Origin: Candidatus Latescibacterota bacterium
Lineage (GTDB): Bacteria > Latescibacterota > UBA2968 > GCA-2709665
Length of the DNA stretch: 64,000 nt
Direction of reading: 5' to 3'
Assembly: GCA_965219455.1 (NCBI GenBank)
Contig: OZ244744.1
Coordinates: 3,744,001 to 3,808,000, forward strand
This document shows positions 18,841-28,806 of this stretch, piece by piece. Position numbers and translations under genes: made by a program. Each line of letters opens with the position of its first letter. The stretch's first letter is position 1. Below the pieces are notes generated by a model. That model worked only from the letters and a program-made list of their open reading frames with translations, did not search any database and had not been told where the DNA came from.

Positions 18841-21800
18841 ATGGTCGTGCGTTTTACGCAGGTCATTGCAGTTTGTGCTCTGATGCTGATGATCCCGGTA
18901 GGGGCGCCAGAAGCTTCCGGTGGTGAGCCGCGACTCGTGTGGGCGGGAGAGGATGGCGTCGAGATTGAGGTCGACGGATCGGACTATCAGCGACGTACGG
19001 TTAATCTTGAGGGTGTAGCCTACACTCAGATTCTGTTACCTGGAGGCATGGGGTTGCCCGAACCCGGCCGCCCTGCCGTGCCGGTGCGAGGTGCGCTCCT
19101 GGGCGTGCCTTACGGAACGCGGGTGGCGGTTACCGTGGTGGAGGCAGACTACGACGAGATTTCCGGGGTGCTGCTGCTGCCGGTGCCGCGGTCCCGGCCG
19201 GTGGGACGGGGCGCATACCCGAGGGAGGTGGAGGCCTACGAGCCGGATGCGGATTTTTACGCCTACGACGGACTGTATCCTGCGCAACAGGCCGAGGTGA
19301 CGGGGACCGGCGTTATGCGGGATCAGCGGGTGGCCGGAATATCTTTGAGGCCCATCCAGTACAATCCGGCTCTGCAGCAGTTGCGCATTGCGCGCAGGCT
19401 GCGGGTGCGCGTGCGGTTTGTGCGCGACGAGCCGTCCATCAGGGTCCGGTCGACGGATGAGGGCACGGGCGGTGGATTCGAGGACCTCTACCGAACCGCG
19501 TTGTTGAATGCGGAACAGGCGCGGGCATGGCGGGGCCGGGCTGAATTGCCCGGCGACCGTGCGTTGCGGAAGATTCAGATTGCTGAGGGTCTGGATCCGG
19601 CGGCCGATTACTACAAGATCCGGATACGGGAGGACGGCCTGTATCGGCTTGACGCGAGGTGGTTTGCCGATGCGGGCATTGCCCTTCAGGCGGGCGATCT
19701 GGAGCGTTTGAAGGTCTTCCTGAACGGTCAGGAGGTGCCCGTCGACGTGCAGGACAACGGAGATGGCGTGTTGGACGAGGGCGAGGGTGCGATTTTCTAT
19801 GGCGAGTATAGACGCGCGCCGGATCGGGATTTCGAGAACGAACTGGGACGGGAACAGGTTTACTGGCTCTCACTGGACGGCAGACCCGGTCGGCGATTTG
19901 AGGGGGTGGACGGTTCGCCGCGGAACGGATACCCACCGGTCATTCGGTTCACGCACAGGGCGCACGCCGAAGTCGATTCACTTTACGATCCGCTTGGAGA
20001 CGCGCCTGACGCAATTAGGGACCACTGGTACTGGGGGCGAACCGGGTCGCCGGGCAGGCCGGGTACTGTTCTTCAGGGTTTGCGCGGCTATTCGGTGACC
20101 GTTCCCGTTCCCCTGCCCGGCCTGGACAACGCCGCGGCGACAGCGGCGTATATTCGCGTGGGTATGCACGCGCTGACCTTCAGACGCCTGTTCGAACCCG
20201 ACCACCGCACGGTTGTGCGGCTGTCCAACGGTACGGTTGTCGCGGACGACCGGTGGGATGGAAAGCGTGCGTTCATCGCCGAAGGGACAGTGCCCCTGTC
20301 GGAACTGGGCGATACGAGCCGGGTGACCCTTGCGACGCCGGGCGCGCCGGATTTCCCTGCTGACTATGTCGAGCACGTGTTGCTCAACTGGGTGGAAATC
20401 GCTTATCCCCGGCGGTTTGAATGCGTGGAAGGCAAGCTGAAATTCGAGCCGGATGAAACCGACGACGGTCGGAGCTTCTCGATCACGGGTTTTCGCACGG
20501 ACGACGTGTTCATCTACGACGTCGACGGTGGCCGGAAGTTCCAGCACGTTCAGATGACGCCGGGGGATTCGGGATTTCAAGCCCGATTCGAAGTGTCGTC
20601 CGTTGTCGGGCGTTATGTCGCGATGGATTCCGAAGCCATCCGGAGGACGCCCGCGGGTGAGACGGCCGAGGTACCCGAGTTCGGGCAGGAGGGGGCCGAC
20701 TATGTGATTGTCGTGCATCCGGGGTTTCGCGAAGCGGCGGAGCGCCTGGCGGAACACCGGCGTGGGCAGGGGCTGCGGGTACAGGTCGTGGATGTCATCG
20801 GGATCTACGACGCGTTCTCTTTCGGGCAGTTCGAGCCGCAAGCGATCCGCCGATTCACACGATATGCGTTCGAAAACTGGGCGCGGCGACCGACCTATCT
20901 TCTGTTGTTCGGGCGGGACAGCTTCGACTACCGGGACCACTTCGATCAGGCCGATTTGGGGCGGCGCGCCGATGTGCCCGCGCTTCCCTTCCAATCTGTA
21001 GTAAGGGGACTGGCGTATACGGACCATTTTTACGGGGCCGTGGCCGGTCCGGACGAGGATCTGTTTCAGGATATTTTCGTGGGACGGATATCGGTGGTCA
21101 GCCGCCGTGAGGCCGCCGCAGTGGTCCGGAAGATCGTGTCATACGACCAGGCCCCCCGTGCGCGATGGCGGGACCGTGTGCTGTTTATGGCCAACTACGA
21201 TCCGTTTTCGATCTTTACGACCCCCAGCGACCGGCTGTTAACGAACTATACCGAGCCGCTGGGGCTCGAATCGTTCCGGGTCTACAACGATAGGGATATC
21301 GGGGTTGAACCCAACGAGGATACGGGCGAGGTGATCCGGCAGATCAACGAGGGTCGGCTGCTGGTGAATTTCCTCGGACACGGAAGCGTTTCAAGCATGG
21401 CCGGTTTCTTGAGGGGGACATATCAACAGCGCAACTATCACTATATGGGTCAGATCGTCAATGCGGACCGATTGCCGATTGTGGTGGCTTTGTCCTGCCT
21501 CAACGGGCAATTCTCGGATCCGAGGTTCGCGTGCCTTGCGGAGGAAATGACCAAGAAGCCGGATGGCGGCGCGATCGCGTATATATCGGCTTCAACGCTC
21601 GCGGCCGTTATAATCAACGATTTCCTTAACGACCGTTTGTTTGCCGCGTTCTTCAGAGACGGCGTCCGCAAATTTGGCGCCGGTCTGGCCGTGGCCAAGG
21701 CGGCGCTGGATACGCGGTTCCCCGATCTGGAAACGCTTACCCTTGGCATGCAGTTGATTGGAGACCCCGCCCAGGAGTTGGCCATATTGCCCAACCCGGA

Positions 21801-24606
21801 TTTCTCCCTGGACTCGGGAAGCTTGAAAGTCGAGCGCACCGGTCAGCTGACCGTCGAAGATTCGGTGCGGATCGCGATCCGGATCGAGAATATCGGGATC
21901 ACACCTCGTGTGGGCCCCTCGGTTGTTCTGGTGGATCGGAATCTGGATCGAGGCGGCGCAGATACACTGTTTACGGGCGTTTTCCCCGCCTTTGGACAGT
22001 CGGACAGCACCGCGGTGATGTGGCGGTTGGCGGGCAGGGCAGGCAGGCACCTGCTGGCGCTCACGGTGGATCCCGACGATGAGATACCGGAGTTGGACGA
22101 AGCCAACAACCACGTGGAGATCGAGTTGGACGTGGTCGGGAGTCTGTCGGCCGCGCCCTCGATGCCACGGCAGAGCCAGGTGGTGCCCGCTTCGAGTGTT
22201 CGGTTGGCGGTGCGCCCGGGCACCGGCGCCCAGGAAGTGCAGGGCGAGTTTGAGGTGAGTGGTTCGCCCTCGTTTGCCGGGCCGGGTGTGATCCGTTCCG
22301 GACCCATCGCGGGGCGCGCCGGGCTCGTGTTGTGGAAGCTGGCGGAGTTGGCGCCCGGAACGTACTTCTGGCGGTCGCGATTGCGAGATGGTGAGGAGTT
22401 CGGGGTGTGGTCAACCACCATGGAATTCACGGCGCGGTCCACCGCGCCTGCGCGCGAGGTCCTGTGGCACCAGGGCGCCGTCAACGCACTCCGATGGGGT
22501 GCCGCCACGGACGTGCGCCTGGCTGACGGCGCGATTTCGCGGGTCGTCGATCCGCCGCCGCTGCGAATAAACGAGGACACGCGGGAAGAGGCGTTTGAGG
22601 CCGAGGGCGTCCGTGGCACGGGCGTGTTGTGTACGGATGGTACCTACCTCTATGTCAGCCGGTTCTATTCCCCACCTGCGGTTTACCCGGGGACCGATGT
22701 ATTCGAGCGAATCGGGACTGGGCTTGGGGGCACAAGGACGGGACAGAATCACGGCGCGCTTTCGGAGACCCCCGTTCCTGGTGTTTCGGCAACCTATCAC
22801 GGCGATGGGTTTATATACGCAGATGATGGGCGAGGACGCGACCTGGTGCGGATTGCGCCCGCAACGGGGGTTGTGGATCGCGTTCGGGTGCCGGACGGGC
22901 TGATGGAGTTCCGTACCGGGTTTGTATTCGACGGCCACTCGCTGTTAACGTCGGATGGCACCTACATTTACAATTTGGCGGCGGCGGTGGATGGCGTACA
23001 GCGCGCGGGTTGGTCCGTTCGTGTGTTCGATCCGTCGGACGGATGGCGCGTGGTACGCGAGTTTACCGTGGCGCCGACGGCGTCCGGTTTCGCCTATCTC
23101 TTTACCGATGGCGTGATTGCGGACGGAAGGTATCTCTATCTGATTGAATTCGGTACCGGGTTAACCCATCGGGTTCGGGTCGCGGACGCCCTGACTGGGG
23201 AATTTGTCGAAGAATATGAAAGCGATCAATCCGAGACCGGTATTTTGACCGGCCAGTACGATTGGATCAATAACAAAGTCTGGCTGGGTCAACTCAACGG
23301 CCCTATGATCTACCGGTACGCGGGGAAAACGCTGCCGCCGTATGGGACTTTGACGACGGAGCCGATCGGTCCGGCCGGCGCCTGGCACGGCCTGACGCTC
23401 GACGTTCAAGAGGCGAACGGCGGGCGCGCGGAAGTGGATATTCTCGGTGCGGCTCCGTCCGGCGGGTTTTCGCCGCTCGCGGAATGGACCGGTCTGGCGC
23501 CCGACGGTGAGATCGACCTCAGCGACTTGAAGGCAGATCGTATCCGGATTCGGGTTCGTTTGGCCGGAGACGAACTGGGACCGTCCGCCGGATTGGCGGG
23601 TTGGCAGGTGCGGTACCGGCCCCAGTCCGATCTTGTCCTCTCCGGTCTGCGGGCGTCCCCCCTTGAAGTTGATGAACTGGAACCCGTGCGGCTGACGGTT
23701 CAGGTCCGGAACATGGGACCTCTGGATCTGGTTCCTGGCGCTGTCGTGGCATTTTACAGCGGTGCGCCGGAAGACGGCCGCCTGATCGGACGTGCGTCAG
23801 TTCCCGAAGGGACCCCTGTCGGTGAAACGGCGTCGGTGTCCCTCGTCTGGAATACCGCAAGATTTTCCGGGACGAATGTTGTTACGGCCCGGCTGGAGGA
23901 TCTCTCGGGAAATCGGAGCTTTTACGTGAGAGAGACGACCGCCGACGAGGCCGTTGAGATCCATCCAAGCGATGATCAGGTGGGGCCTGAGCTGGAACTT
24001 GTCGCTCTGGACGCCGCGGGCGAGGTCCGGGCGGATGACTTTCTGCCATCCGCGCCGAAGTTCTCCGTGGTGTTTCGAGATTCGAGCGGTATCGACGGCG
24101 GATCGGTGCGGCTCGTCCTGACGGGGTCCGAAGATGATATCTCCGATGAACTGTCCTCGGATCGGGTGGCGGATCGGGAAGAGGACCGGACGTCTTTGCG
24201 ATTCACCTGGTCTCCGCGGCTGGAAGACGGACGCTATAGACTCTCGGTTTCAGGGACCGACCAGCTGGGCAACGGCCCCGCACAAAAGTCCGTGGCATTT
24301 AAGGTTTCGTCGGACCTCGCGATCGAGCGGGTGCTGAACGTTCCCAATCCGACCCCCGAGGCGACGGACTTTACGTACATTCTGTCCCGCCCGGCGGAAG
24401 TGATCATTCGCATTTATACCGTTTCGGGGCGACTGATACGGATCCTCGAAGGCGTGCCGGGCCGGGCCGGTTACAATCAGGTTCGATGGGACGGCCGGGA
24501 TGCCGACGGGCATCTGCTGGCCAATGGTGTTTATCTCTATACAGTTACTGCGGACGACGGGCAGAAACGCGTGCGGGAGAAGGAGCGGTTGATCGTGTAC
24601 CGATGA
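18841..24606 (+). CDS. Secreted C25 (gingipain/PorU-like) cysteine peptidase with propeptide, CARDB/Ig domains and FlgD-type C-terminal domain
   Basis: Signal peptide; propeptide (PGRPAVPV, RPIQYNP); YKIRIREDGLYRL; ADYVIVVH, IYDAFSFG, YLLLFG, VGRI; catalytic NFLGHGS and SCLNGQF; tail NVPNP...IYTVSGRLIR...WDGRDADG..LANGVYLY. Confidence 0.88.
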   Translation: MVVRFTQVIAVCALMLMIPVGAPEASGGEPRLVWAGEDGVEIEVDGSDYQRRTVNLEGVAYTQILLPGGMGLPEPGRPAVPVRGALLGVPYGTRVAVTVVEADYDEISGVLLLPVPRSRPVGRGAYPREVEAYEPDADFYAYDGLYPAQQAEVTGTGVMRDQRVAGISLRPIQYNPALQQLRIARRLRVRVRFVRDEPSIRVRSTDEGTGGGFEDLYRTALLNAEQARAWRGRAELPGDRALRKIQIAEGLDPAADYYKIRIREDGLYRLDARWFADAGIALQAGDLERLKVFLNGQEVPVDVQDNGDGVLDEGEGAIFYGEYRRAPDRDFENELGREQVYWLSLDGRPGRRFEGVDGSPRNGYPPVIRFTHRAHAEVDSLYDPLGDAPDAIRDHWYWGRTGSPGRPGTVLQGLRGYSVTVPVPLPGLDNAAATAAYIRVGMHALTFRRLFEPDHRTVVRLSNGTVVADDRWDGKRAFIAEGTVPLSELGDTSRVTLATPGAPDFPADYVEHVLLNWVEIAYPRRFECVEGKLKFEPDETDDGRSFSITGFRTDDVFIYDVDGGRKFQHVQMTPGDSGFQARFEVSSVVGRYVAMDSEAIRRTPAGETAEVPEFGQEGADYVIVVHPGFREAAERLAEHRRGQGLRVQVVDVIGIYDAFSFGQFEPQAIRRFTRYAFENWARRPTYLLLFGRDSFDYRDHFDQADLGRRADVPALPFQSVVRGLAYTDHFYGAVAGPDEDLFQDIFVGRISVVSRREAAAVVRKIVSYDQAPRARWRDRVLFMANYDPFSIFTTPSDRLLTNYTEPLGLESFRVYNDRDIGVEPNEDTGEVIRQINEGRLLVNFLGHGSVSSMAGFLRGTYQQRNYHYMGQIVNADRLPIVVALSCLNGQFSDPRFACLAEEMTKKPDGGAIAYISASTLAAVIINDFLNDRLFAAFFRDGVRKFGAGLAVAKAALDTRFPDLETLTLGMQLIGDPAQELAILPNPDFSLDSGSLKVERTGQLTVEDSVRIAIRIENIGITPRVGPSVVLVDRNLDRGGADTLFTGVFPAFGQSDSTAVMWRLAGRAGRHLLALTVDPDDEIPELDEANNHVEIELDVVGSLSAAPSMPRQSQVVPASSVRLAVRPGTGAQEVQGEFEVSGSPSFAGPGVIRSGPIAGRAGLVLWKLAELAPGTYFWRSRLRDGEEFGVWSTTMEFTARSTAPAREVLWHQGAVNALRWGAATDVRLADGAISRVVDPPPLRINEDTREEAFEAEGVRGTGVLCTDGTYLYVSRFYSPPAVYPGTDVFERIGTGLGGTRTGQNHGALSETPVPGVSATYHGDGFIYADDGRGRDLVRIAPATGVVDRVRVPDGLMEFRTGFVFDGHSLLTSDGTYIYNLAAAVDGVQRAGWSVRVFDPSDGWRVVREFTVAPTASGFAYLFTDGVIADGRYLYLIEFGTGLTHRVRVADALTGEFVEEYESDQSETGILTGQYDWINNKVWLGQLNGPMIYRYAGKTLPPYGTLTTEPIGPAGAWHGLTLDVQEANGGRAEVDILGAAPSGGFSPLAEWTGLAPDGEIDLSDLKADRIRIRVRLAGDELGPSAGLAGWQVRYRPQSDLVLSGLRASPLEVDELEPVRLTVQVRNMGPLDLVPGAVVAFYSGAPEDGRLIGRASVPEGTPVGETASVSLVWNTARFSGTNVVTARLEDLSGNRSFYVRETTADEAVEIHPSDDQVGPELELVALDAAGEVRADDFLPSAPKFSVVFRDSSGIDGGSVRLVLTGSEDDISDELSSDRVADREEDRTSLRFTWSPRLEDGRYRLSVSGTDQLGNGPAQKSVAFKVSSDLAIERVLNVPNPTPEATDFTYILSRPAEVIIRIYTVSGRLIRILEGVPGRAGYNQVRWDGRDADGHLLANGVYLYTVTADDGQKRVREKERLIVYR

Positions 24607-24752
24607 GACAGAACCACCAGTCGGTTGACTAATCGCGTTCGCGGGTGTTGGCGATCCGGTTAGTTCAGAGTACATAGGCGCTTCACGGGGCGCCTGTTGC
24701 ATTTGGGACCCATTTTGTGCAATTAATGTTTCGGACGGTTAATGATTGTTTC

Positions 24753-25508
24753 TCGACTGATCGAAATTTATAAGTTTCGATAATTTAAACACTTATCGCT
24801 CAGCCCAATTTTTTTTTGGAACTTTACGCGAGGTAAGAGCGTGGGAAGCCCAACAGTCGACAGAGATCATTGATGACCCGGGTTGGCTGACGCGCCTCGC
24901 AGCGCCCTGCCTCAAGAGGTCGTCGACACTGACTCATTTCGAATTGTTCCAAGAGGAGATCGTCCATAGCAATAACGCGAACTGATTTTAAGTGGTGTAA
25001 AAACAATCAATAATATAAATTGGACGTCGAATTCCAAGGTTTTCGGGACGAATCCTTGCGAACGACACGACATCGGCAGTCACCCCAATTTACTGAACTG
25101 TTCGCACAATTGACTATGGCATTTTCTCACAAATTCCGTTCCCTCGCGCCTGCCGCCACCAGTGTTTCAGGCCTGATGTTCACGATATCTTTGCGGTCGG
25201 ACTCTCCGCAGATAGATCATCTCTCTTCCCCTCCGAGTAATTCCGCAGGCGATAAAGCCACATCCTTTCGACTCGTACTTTCCAAACTCCGTTTCGCCAC
25301 AGAAATTCGAGGCATGCATCGCAACGGCCTGCTCCAGGACACTCTGGTCCGGCGAAATCCCAGGGTACGTGAGTCGCATGTCCGTCTGCCGTAAATACGG
25401 GCAACTCTGACTGTACAGGGGGATCTGACGAAGTGGGTAACCGCAGAATATCGATCGTGTAACGTTGACCCGGTTGTAACGTCGGAGTTCGGAGGATTCT
25501 TGAAAGAC
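24753..25508 (+). repeat. Tandem duplication unit 1 (long leader plus regulator remnant)
   Basis: Colinear similarity to 25691-26446, e.g. TAAGTTTC..AAACACTTATCG, TTTTTGGAACTTTA, AAGAGCGTG, AGAAATTCGAGGCATGC. Confidence 0.85.
25433..25508 (+). pseudogene. 5' remnant of receiver-AraC regulator
   Basis: Reads GNRRISIV* then frameshifts to VDPVVTSEFGGFLKD, matching MENRKILIVDRDPEVTSELAGFLKD of 27247; similarity then ends. Confidence 0.8.
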
Positions 25509-25690
25509 ACTACCAAATATCGAATGATAATGAAGGTGGTGACAAATGTTGGAACGAACGGACAATTTTTCGGTCTGGACATCGTATTAAGACTTCGTCT
25601 CTTTGAATTAGTCAAGCTTCTTTCTGAACAGTAGAATGATGGGTGGCTGTGACAGATGCTGCCTCATCCCTTTCTGCGGACGTGCCGCAC

Positions 25691-26371
25691 TCGATTGGTC
25701 GAAGAATATAAGTTTCAATCATTAAAACACTTATCGTTCGATCGGATGTTTTTGGAACTTTAGGCAGAGCAAGAGCGTGTGAAGCGCAATCGTCCGCAGG
25801 AATGGATTTTGACCGGGGTTGACTGACACGCCTTGCCGCGTCGTGCCTCACCAGGTCATCGGCACGAACGTATCTTGAATCCTTTTGGGAGGAAACCGCC
25901 GCAAACAAAAGTGTGAACAGTTTGTTGGTTGTATAAGCCAAATAGATAAGCAAATCGGCTTTCGGATCTATAAGTGATTGGCACCAATCCTTTCAGATTG
26001 CCTGGGACCGACAGGTAAACACGCAATCTGCAAAACTGTTCACAAGGTTTGCCATGGCGTTTTCTCTCGAATCAAATCTCTTCGCGCTCGGCGTCGCCAG
26101 TGTGCCGGGCCCGGTGTTCTCAATTTCCTCCCGGTCGCTACTCTCGCAGATCGGTCGATTCTCCTCGGCTCCATGTAGTTCCGCAGCTGATCAAGCCACA
26201 TCCTCCCGACACGTATCTTCCAAACTCTGTTTCGCCAAAGAAATTCGAGGCATGCTTCGCAATGGTTTTCTCCGTGGCGCTCTAGTCCGGAGATACCCTT
26301 CGGCGTGTGCGTGATATATCCGTGTGCCGTGAATGCGGGCTACTCTGGCTGTTCATGGGGGACCTGACGTT
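25691..26371 (+). repeat. Tandem duplication unit 2 leader
   Basis: Homologous to 24753-25432; its 3' ~120 bp is also homologous to 27128-27246. Confidence 0.85.
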
Positions 26372-27070
26372 ATGGATAATCGTAAGATATTGATTGTAGA
26401 CAGTGAGCCGGTTAAGACTTCGGAACTCGTCGGATTCCTGCAAGACGAACCCTTTGAGATCGTTACGGCGGAAAACGGAAATAGAGGTCTCGAAATGTTG
26501 GGAGAGGGAGAGATCGACCTTGCCGTGGTCGAAGCGTGTGTGAAGGACGAGGATGGGGCAACATTGCTGGAGGGCGTGAAGGCAGAGAAAATCCGGATCG
26601 AAATGCTGCTCGTGACAAGCCTGGGTACGCTGGAGTCAGGCAAGACCCCGCACAAAGCCTATGCCATGGGCGCAGTTGATAAACCGATAGAAAGAGAGGC
26701 ATTCCTGGCGAATATAAGGAGAAAAATGCCGCTGCGAGACACGTGGAAGCATCGCATGGAGTCGTTTCTGGAAAACAACTACGATAATCCGGAGCTGAAA
26801 TTTGTGGATGTCCAGCGCCACTTCAGGTTCTCCAGGACCTATGGGTACCGGTTGTTCAAGAGACATCTGGGTGAGTCATTCGGCGTTCGGCTCCGCAACG
26901 TTCGTCTGGCAAAGGCGGAGGAAGCACTGAAGCACACCTCAGCTTCCATATCCGAAGTCGCTTACCAGTGCGGGTTCGTATCTTTGTCGACGTTCAGCAA
27001 GGTATTCAAGGCGAAATTCGGAATAAATCCCACCACGTATCGCAGAAATTGGAAACTGGGACAAATTTAG
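26372..27070 (+). CDS. Atypical receiver domain + AraC HTH transcriptional regulator
   Basis: KILIVD..., DLAVVE, KP; C-terminal RLAKAEEALKHTSASISEVAYQCGFVSLSTFSKVFK..FGINPTTYR. Start set by alignment with its paralog. Confidence 0.92.
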   Translation: MDNRKILIVDSEPVKTSELVGFLQDEPFEIVTAENGNRGLEMLGEGEIDLAVVEACVKDEDGATLLEGVKAEKIRIEMLLVTSLGTLESGKTPHKAYAMGAVDKPIEREAFLANIRRKMPLRDTWKHRMESFLENNYDNPELKFVDVQRHFRFSRTYGYRLFKRHLGESFGVRLRNVRLAKAEEALKHTSASISEVAYQCGFVSLSTFSKVFKAKFGINPTTYRRNWKLGQI

Positions 27071-27093
27071 TACTCCAGAACAAACTTGCGTTC

Positions 27094-27123
27094 TTGACAT
27101 CGTATTTCCGTCACAGATATTCT
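27094..27123 (+). promoter_or_regulatory. Putative sigma70 promoter
   Basis: TTGACA-N18-TATTCT just after the first regulator; a paralogous motif lies at 27969-27999. Confidence 0.55.
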
Positions 27124-27246
27124 TAGTGTGCACCGCAATGACCCGCTCCGGAGCGCCATAGTCCGGAGATTCCCCAGGGCTTGTGCGTGGAATTTTCGTA
27201 TGGCGTAAAGACGGGCAACTCTGATCGGTGAGGGGGATCTAACGTA

Positions 27247-27945
27247 ATGGAAAATCGGAAAATATTAATCGTAGACCGTGACCCGGAGGTAACGTCGGAA
27301 CTCGCCGGATTCCTGAAAGACGAACCTTATGAAATTGTCACTGCGGGAGACGGACCGAAGGCACTTGAAATGCTCAGAAGAGAAAAGATCGACCTGGCCG
27401 TGGTCGAGGTATGCGTAGAGGATCAGGATGGGATAACGCTTCTGGAGGGCGTGAAGGCAGAGGAAATCCAGGCGTCAGTGCTGCTGGTAACAAGCCTGGG
27501 AACCCTTGAACTGGGAGAAATTGTGCACAAGCCGTTCACCATGAGCGTATTTGACAAGCCGATTGATAGAGATGTATTCCTGGCAAACATCAGAAAATAT
27601 ATGCCATTACAGGACATGTGGAAGCGCCGCCTGGAGTTGTTTCTTGAAGACAACCACAGCAATCCCAACCTGAAATTTGAAGACGTCGTTCGTTATTTCA
27701 GCTTCTCCAAGTCCTACGGGTATGCCTTGTTCCAGAAGCATCTGGGCGAATCATTCAGCCGGAGTCTGCGGAACGTCCGCGTGGTGAAGGCTGAAGAAGC
27801 ACTGAAGAACACCACTGCTTCCATTTCGGAAATCGCTTATCTGTGTGGCTTCGGATCATTATCGACCTTCAGCAAGGTTTTCAAAGAGAAGTATGGAAAC
27901 AGCCCGACCAAATATCGCAGAAACTGGAAACTGGGACAAGTTTAG
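27247..27945 (+). CDS. Atypical receiver domain + AraC HTH regulator (paralog)
   Basis: Same length (232 aa) and colinear with 26372-27070; ends YRRNWKLGQV. Confidence 0.92.
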   Translation: MENRKILIVDRDPEVTSELAGFLKDEPYEIVTAGDGPKALEMLRREKIDLAVVEVCVEDQDGITLLEGVKAEEIQASVLLVTSLGTLELGEIVHKPFTMSVFDKPIDRDVFLANIRKYMPLQDMWKRRLELFLEDNHSNPNLKFEDVVRYFSFSKSYGYALFQKHLGESFSRSLRNVRVVKAEEALKNTTASISEIAYLCGFGSLSTFSKVFKEKYGNSPTKYRRNWKLGQV

Positions 27946-27968
27946 AACGTCCGGACAAACCTTCTTGC

Positions 27969-27999
27969 TTGACACCACCCTGGATACACGCGTTATTCT
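27969..27999 (+). promoter_or_regulatory. Putative sigma70 promoter facing the secreted-protein array
   Basis: TTGACA-N19-TATTCT, paralogous to 27094-27123; the spacer is long. Confidence 0.4.
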
Positions 28000-28806
28000 A
28001 CGGACGAATCGTCAATATTAGGCAAGTTGCCCTTCAGACACCGTTCAGGCTGATTACAGTTTTCACCTCTTTTCGTCGTTGGCTGATCGCTTCAGTGAAT
28101 TCAAGCCGGTCGGGACATGATTCGGTTTGAAGAATTCGAGAGAAAGGAGATTAAGTACCAGGTCAACCATACTATGTTTCACGACTTTGAGTCATTGGAC
28201 GGCTGAAGCCGCTCTGTCTTCATCTTGAGACATCGCTGAAACCGGAATCCAAATATGGATACCGCTATTCTCCTCTCGTTCGCTCACGTTTGGCGCGCCG
28301 GGGCGGATAGCAAATACTGGCGTTTGTCCATGGGTTTCGCGCTGGTTGTCGCAGGCGAATGGGAGGGAAACGACATGGTACTCTTGCAAATGGCCACGAG
28401 GCCGGTGCTGACTTCGGCATCTGCCCCGGAGACCGCGTCGAGTGGACAGACGCGACACGCGACCGAGGAAAATCGCACCAAGCCTCTCAACGTAGATTTC
28501 CCACTCCCGCCTTCCTTCCCGTTTCTCTCTCTCGGCGTGACAGAAACGCCGGGGCCGCCCTTCCACGTTTTCCCATGGTCTCTTCCATCAAAGTTCGACA
28601 GCCTGTCACTTGCTCCGGATCTGGTTGAGGGCAAAAACGATCGAACTGTCCAATTCGCACGAAACGAAACGACTGTGCGCGGGCCGATTACCGATGGTTG
28701 CCGCGGACGCGTACCGGTGGGACTCAGGGGCTCCTGTTCACCCGCTTGCTTTCTCTGTTCGCGTAACTGAACGGAATTGCGAGTCTTGTTTTGGAGTGAT
28801 TCGGTT

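Noticed and set aside
25180-25404. Minus-strand ORF with CDACLEFLWRNG, similar in the second duplication unit
   Set aside because: The similarity is explained by the DNA duplication, and start and stop are not evidently shared between copies.
28620-28720. Possible c-di-GMP-I riboswitch (GGGCAAA...GGTTGCCG)
   Set aside because: The GNRA-capped P2 stem and GACGCAAAGC motif are missing; it would need an Infernal hit.
28192-28770. ORFs 28255-28770 (+) and 28192-28566 (-)
   Set aside because: No recognisable motifs or convincing RBS; treated as intergenic, though a small gene cannot be excluded.
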